Assembly: GCF_000017845.1 (NCBI RefSeq)
Contig: NC_010546.1
Location: 1,050,001-1,082,000, forward strand
Direction of reading: 5' to 3'
Source: Crocosphaera subtropica ATCC 51142
Lineage (GTDB): Bacteria > Cyanobacteriota > Cyanobacteriia > Cyanobacteriales > Microcystaceae
Length of the DNA stretch: 32,000 bases
The position numbers and the translations under genes were made by a program. This document shows positions 27,844-32,000 of this stretch, piece after piece. A model generated the notes under the pieces. The model was not told where the DNA came from, made no database searches, and saw only the letters and a list, made by a program, of their open reading frames with translations. The stretch's first letter is position 1. Every line of letters starts with the position of its first letter.

Positions 27844-27870
27844 AGGAGTCAGGAGTCAGGAGTCAGGCGT
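27844..27870. repeat. Tandem heptamer repeat (AGGAGTC) x3, plus a degenerate fourth unit
   Basis: Read directly as aggagtc aggagtc aggagtc aggcgt. It is intergenic, between ribBA and the HicB-like gene. Confidence 0.85.
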
Positions 27871-27919
27871 TAAATATTAGTTATTAAAGCAATTAAAGAA
27901 GTTTAAATGAGGCAAAACA

Positions 27920-28138
27920 ATGGACAAAATTAAGTATCGTATGGTTATTCAATGGTCTGAAGAAGATAATTCTTTTTTAGTAGCATTACCTGATTTTCTC
28001 GGTCAATATTGGCGGACTCATGGAGAAACTTATGAGGAAGCAGTGATTAATGGAAAAGAGGCTATAGAATCTCTTATTATGGCTTATCAAGCTGATGATG
28101 AACCCTTACCTGAACCTTTATTAGCTAATCTAGTTTAA
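27920..28138 (+). CDS. HicB-like (UPF0150) antitoxin-family protein, with no adjacent HicA
   Basis: Contains YRMVIQWSEEDNSFLVALPDF.G....G.T.EEA..NGKEAIE. This is the typical HicB N-terminal fold signature, without a C-terminal DNA-binding domain. Confidence 0.65.
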   Translation: MDKIKYRMVIQWSEEDNSFLVALPDFLGQYWRTHGETYEEAVINGKEAIESLIMAYQADDEPLPEPLLANLV

Positions 28139-28151
28139 TTGAATTAATAAA

Positions 28152-29243
28152 ATGATTTATAATCGTCGTCAATTTTTAATACTTACAGGAGGATTAGTTG
28201 GGATCACATTTGCTACAATTAGCCATAAACTTTTTAGTCAATCTCAACCGAATTTATCTCAAAATAAACAAATTGCCCCCCCCGAACCATCTCCTATTAA
28301 TCAACCAATTGCTATTGCCCCTGATGGCTTATATGCCCCCATGAAAGGGGATGTTAGAATTGTTGTGATTAGTGATTTAAACAGTCAATACGGATCAACA
28401 GATTACGATCCAGAAGTGGATAAAGCGATCGCTTTAATTCCTCAATGGAAACCTGATCTTCTCCTCTGTGGGGGGGACATGGTAGCAGGACAAAAACGGT
28501 CTTTAACGAAGCAACAAATAGAGGCTATGTGGTCGGCATTTGATGTTCATATTGCTGCCCCTTTAAGACAAGCTAAACTCCCCTTTGGCTTTACTATTGG
28601 CAACCACGATGGATCGGGTTCGATGAGTGGCGGAAAATACAATTTTCAACAAGAAAGAAATCTTGCTTCTGCTTATTGGAATAATCCTAATCATAACCCA
28701 GGATTAAACTTCGTTGATCAGGCTAATTTTCCTTTCTATTATTCTTTTAAAGAAAAAGATATTTTTTACTTGGTTTGGGATGCGTCAACCCATATTATTG
28801 ACGTAAACCAGTTAACTTGGGTAGAAAATAGTTTAAATAGTTCACAAGCTAAACAAGCAAAGTTACGCCTTGCTATCGGTCATCTTCCTCTCTATCCTGT
28901 AGCAGTGGGAAGAAATACCCCAGGAAACTATATGGCAGAAGGAGAAAAATTACAAAATCTTTTAGAACAATATGATGTTCATACTTATATTAGTGGGCAT
29001 CATCACGCTTATTACCCAGGAAAAACAGGACAATTAGAATTGCTTCATAGTGGGGCATTAGGAGGGGGTCCCCGTCAACTCTTAAATAGTAACTTATCTC
29101 CCCAGAAAACTCTCACGGTTGTTGATATTTCTTTGGACTCAGAAGCAACTCGCTATACAACTTATGACATGAAAAGCTTACAAGTCATTGATATTCAAAC
29201 CTTACCAAAATCCATCGGCAAAATTATCCGAAAAGATTTATAA
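28152..29243 (+). CDS. Tat-exported calcineurin-like metallophosphoesterase
   Basis: Has the twin-arginine leader MIYNRRQFLILTGG and the metallophosphoesterase motifs GGDMV, GNHD and GHHH. It starts 13 nt after the HicB-like stop. Confidence 0.8.
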   Translation: MIYNRRQFLILTGGLVGITFATISHKLFSQSQPNLSQNKQIAPPEPSPINQPIAIAPDGLYAPMKGDVRIVVISDLNSQYGSTDYDPEVDKAIALIPQWKPDLLLCGGDMVAGQKRSLTKQQIEAMWSAFDVHIAAPLRQAKLPFGFTIGNHDGSGSMSGGKYNFQQERNLASAYWNNPNHNPGLNFVDQANFPFYYSFKEKDIFYLVWDASTHIIDVNQLTWVENSLNSSQAKQAKLRLAIGHLPLYPVAVGRNTPGNYMAEGEKLQNLLEQYDVHTYISGHHHAYYPGKTGQLELLHSGALGGGPRQLLNSNLSPQKTLTVVDISLDSEATRYTTYDMKSLQVIDIQTLPKSIGKIIRKDL

Positions 29244-29494
29244 AATCTTTATGCTTAATGGGAACTTTTTTAAGAGAGTAATACTCTTATATGGCCTAGT
29301 AAATACTAGATAGTTTTTGCTTTCTTTCGAGACAGTTCATCAACCGTCTCTGTTCTCCCTAACCTTTGGGTCGTTCAAAATTACACTAATTCTTAAGCTT
29401 TATACTTTTTATGTTTTGCTAAAAAGTAATTATAGTATGAAAATTTTTTGCTAGTATCGAGATCACAATCTTAACTGATCAAGATATTTGATTA

Positions 29495-30442
29495 ATGTTG
29501 CTTGGAGACAATTTTATGATTAACCCCTTGATTAAACTGCAAAAGGTTTCTATGTCTTGGTCTGTGGTGTGTACAGTAGCCTTAAGTTTCTGGGCAACCC
29601 CCTCCTGGGCCGGTGATCCATTTCGGAGTAGTAACCCTCGTCCCATTGGAGACAATACAGAAGCCGCTTTTGTTGAAATCTTTAAAAATGGTAATTATTT
29701 AGAAGCGAAAACCCATTTACAACAAGCAGTTCAAACGGAAACCGATGAACCCCTCGCTTTTGCCATGAAAGCGTCTTTGGCTTATTCTAATGAAGACTGG
29801 GAAGTGATGAAAAATGCAGCGGATCAAACCCTATCGGCAGCTAAAAAATTAACCTCTAGTGATCCCTTACGAGGTAATTTATATCAAGCAGTCGGCCATT
29901 TTTTACAAGGGGCCTATACCTTTAAAACAAAAGGACCTTTGGGGGCAGTTAATAAGTTACAATTGGTTTTCGATCATCTAGAGAAAGCAGAAAATATCTC
30001 TCCTAATGACCCAGAATTAAACTTACTGAAGGGTTATCTAGATTTAATTTTATCGGTTAATTTGCCCTTCTCTTCCCCAGAAGATGCGATCGCCCGTTTT
30101 GAACAATATGCAGCTCCTAATTATATGGTGGATCGGGCTTTATTTGCAGCTTATCGGGACTTGGATCAATACGATACCGCTATGCAATACATTAACCAAG
30201 CGTTGGCCAATAGTCCTCATAACCCTGAATTACAGTATTTTAAAGGTCAACTGTTGCGTAAGAAAGGAAGAACTAAAGATGGTCAGCCTAAAGATTTAGT
30301 CCTACTCAAAGAAGCTTATACTTACTTTGAACAAGCGATGACTAAGGTGGATCAACTTCCTAAAGGGGTTCAAATACCATTACGTCACGATCATCGGGCC
30401 GTACAAGATGAAATTTCTAAGTTAAGTATGAATCCTAATTAA
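29495..30442 (+). CDS. Exported helical-repeat (TPR-like) protein
   Basis: Has a signal peptide ending ..PSWA|GDP, followed by repeated helical A/L/Y-rich units (NPELQYFKGQLL etc.). The functional family is not recognised. An alternative ATG lies at 29516. Confidence 0.5.
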   Translation: MLLGDNFMINPLIKLQKVSMSWSVVCTVALSFWATPSWAGDPFRSSNPRPIGDNTEAAFVEIFKNGNYLEAKTHLQQAVQTETDEPLAFAMKASLAYSNEDWEVMKNAADQTLSAAKKLTSSDPLRGNLYQAVGHFLQGAYTFKTKGPLGAVNKLQLVFDHLEKAENISPNDPELNLLKGYLDLILSVNLPFSSPEDAIARFEQYAAPNYMVDRALFAAYRDLDQYDTAMQYINQALANSPHNPELQYFKGQLLRKKGRTKDGQPKDLVLLKEAYTYFEQAMTKVDQLPKGVQIPLRHDHRAVQDEISKLSMNPN

Positions 30443-30564
30443 TGTAAATTACCCCAACTAAACCCTGTTATGGTTGGGGACTTTCATCTACATCGTTAAA
30501 TTGCCTTACATTGGGTATTCTCTTAACTCATAACAATGTAATTTTTTTCAGACTGAGGTTATTG

Positions 30565-31215
30565 CTATCCTTGTTGATTTGGTTCTCTTATCCATTGTCT
30601 AACTCGCTTTAATGTTGCTGTTTCCCCAATGATTAATCTTTGTTGTAACCATTGAGGAATTAAGGTAATATCTAAGCCAGGAAAAGCCAAACTTTGGCTT
30701 ATTTGTTCATAATTTTGTTGCTTTAAATTTAAACCATAAATTTGTAACATTTCCCCATTATATCGCCATATTTCTGTTACCCCTAATGCTGCATAAATGG
30801 GTAACTTATTCAAAGAACCACTGGTAATATCAACTTCAATGGCTAAGTCTGGGGGTATATCTCCTTGATTTAAGTCAATATTTTGCTTATTTCTAACTTC
30901 GGGTTCATGTTTCAAATAAAAACAAGCATCGGGTTCTATTCCTTTTTCAAGGTCATCTCTTTTTAAGGTAAGGGAACCAAAACTTTTAATATTCATCTCC
31001 CATTCTTCAGCCATAACAAAAATAAGGCGCGCAATAAACCAATTATTATTCTCATGCTCTCCCAAAGGACTCATTATCTGTAAATACCCTTCATCATAAG
31101 TAAGGCGTTTTCTGGGACTTGGACTTATTTCTTCACTGATACGCACAAAGGTTTCCCAACTAATAGGATGCAATACTATATAGTTTTCTGCTTGGGGTTT
31201 GATGAGGGTTTCCAT
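30565..31215 (-). CDS. Uma2-family (DUF820) putative endonuclease
   Basis: Contains LTYDEGYLQIMSP...H....L.....EW, EPDACFYL and PPDLAIEVDITS...K..IYAALGVTEIWRY. This is the typical PD-(D/E)xK Uma2 core, abundant in cyanobacteria. Confidence 0.8.
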   Translation of the reverse strand: METLIKPQAENYIVLHPISWETFVRISEEISPSPRKRLTYDEGYLQIMSPLGEHENNNWFIARLIFVMAEEWEMNIKSFGSLTLKRDDLEKGIEPDACFYLKHEPEVRNKQNIDLNQGDIPPDLAIEVDITSGSLNKLPIYAALGVTEIWRYNGEMLQIYGLNLKQQNYEQISQSLAFPGLDITLIPQWLQQRLIIGETATLKRVRQWIREPNQQG

Positions 31216-31591
31216 TATCTTTTTTATTACACTTATTATTTATAGTTTGTCTGTTCTAGTGAAAAAAATGGGTTTAAGTCGTTAAAATTTAAGCGATCGC
31301 AGACAACTTTAGACACTAAAAGTTAGATATAGATTAGGTTTCAGGACTTAGTAGTAATTTTGGTTACAATAAGACTCATCATATATCATCACTACCATAA
31401 AATAAAAATAACCAAAAGTCAAGAATTGGGTAAATTTTGGCAAAATCAACGAAAATACAAATTTCATTAACGTTTGTAACAAGAGTTTTGAGTTCAATAT
31501 ATTAAATATTTTTAAGAAAAATAATAAGTTGAGTTTATTCTTCATTAGATTAGATAGCAATACTTGAAATATTTTGCTATCACTAATATTG

Positions 31592-31738
31592 TAACCTGAG
31601 TTCGACGAAAGAGAATCTATGGAAAACTGACAACCAACAAGAAGTCTCAAACCCTGCTTTCCCCGTTAAAAAAATTCTAACTCCGTTGCGTAGCACGACG
31701 TAGTCGCACTCCGAACTCCTAACACCGAACTCACGTTA
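31592..31738. mobile_element. MITE-like non-autonomous element sharing the terminal repeat of the IS982-family element
   Basis: The left end, taacctgagttcg (31592-31604), matches the IS terminus at 13624-13636 exactly. The right end, cgaactcacgtta (31726-31738), is its inverted copy with one mismatch. A subterminal ccgaactc duplication is present, and the element has no coding capacity. Confidence 0.55.
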
Positions 31739-31804
31739 TTGTAAGGTCAAATAATCTAATCTAATGATTAGACCTTCAAGGTAAATCTTTAAATAAAAAA
31801 AATT

Positions 31805-32000
31805 ATGTTAACAATGACAGTTAATTGGACTAAACTAGCAAAAATAAGAGAGTTAGAAGAATATTTTAAAGAAGATTTTGATGGGTTTAAAAAGTTGATA
31901 GGAGAAAAAATAGAAGAATTTGGACATTTTTCTGATGAAGCTCTAGATAAATTTGCGAAACTGCGTGTATTGGAAGTAACTAATGGTTGCACTCAATGGG
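31805..32000 (+). CDS. 5' part of a hypothetical protein running off the right edge
   Basis: From the ATG at 31805 the frame stays open to the end of the window: MLTMTVNWTKLAKIRELEEYFKEDFDGFKKLIGEKIEEFGHFSDEALDKFAKLRVLEVTNGCTQW. This composition is more protein-like than the antisense 67-aa track ORF. Confidence 0.45.
   Translation, partial: MLTMTVNWTKLAKIRELEEYFKEDFDGFKKLIGEKIEEFGHFSDEALDKFAKLRVLEVTNGCTQW

Noticed and set aside
30084-30299. Track ORF 30084..30299 (+), in an alternative frame of the TPR-like gene
   Set aside because: It is nested out-of-frame in the longer ORF, which has a signal peptide.
31348-31650. 100-aa ORF on the minus strand
   Set aside because: It is extremely AT-rich, with low-complexity Leu/Phe/Asn/Lys content. 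It overlaps the MITE-like element's terminal repeat, and I see no ribosome-binding site. It is most likely non-coding.
31789-31992. 67-aa ORF on the minus strand
   Set aside because: The opposite strand carries a more protein-like open frame from ATG 31805 that runs off the window. The minus-strand ORF is Ser/Asn/Phe-rich shadow sequence.

Overview
This 32 kb window looks cyanobacterial. I found 19 copies of the HIP1 octamer GCGATCGC by eye, plus a HupSL uptake hydrogenase, ChlD, COP23, Ycf36 and GUN4-type genes. That fits a unicellular diazotroph of the Cyanothece/Crocosphaera type, which is an inference. All family calls come from motifs read in the ORF translations, not from a database search.

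Housekeeping content:
- initiator tRNA-Met
- an rsfS-ycf36-asparaginase string
- an orphan Dam-type methylase
- a YrdC/Sua5-like gene
- hupS-hupL with an upstream TGTA-N8-TACA (NtcA-type) site and a clean terminator
- chlD
- ribBA with a long C-terminal extension
- a Tat-exported metallophosphoesterase
- a Uma2 nuclease

Accessory or unusual content:
1. A 3-gene operon cut by the left edge, ending in an intact JAMM/MPN+ peptidase. It sits next to a two-TM protein of unknown function.
2. A solitary 1113-aa protein with tubulin/FtsZ-like T1, T3 and T4 GTP-binding loops, about 650 aa of helical/coiled-coil sequence, a PQ-repeat linker and a C-terminal GYF-like domain. An IS982-family element ends 30 bp upstream of its start codon.
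3. That IS carries two in-frame hairpin-forming inserts inside its transposase. A roughly 147-bp MITE-like element with the same terminal repeat lies at 31.6 kb.
4. An AT-rich island at about 15.0-18.7 kb. It holds a DNA methyltransferase split by one in-frame TAA, an intact-looking candidate PD-(D/E)xK endonuclease, and an unknown gene split by one in-frame TGA.
5. A same-strand string of COP23, a trypsin-like protease fused to a GUN4 domain, a 14-blade WD40 protein with a TM helix and coiled-coil tail, and ChlD.

I saw no CRISPR array and no rRNA.
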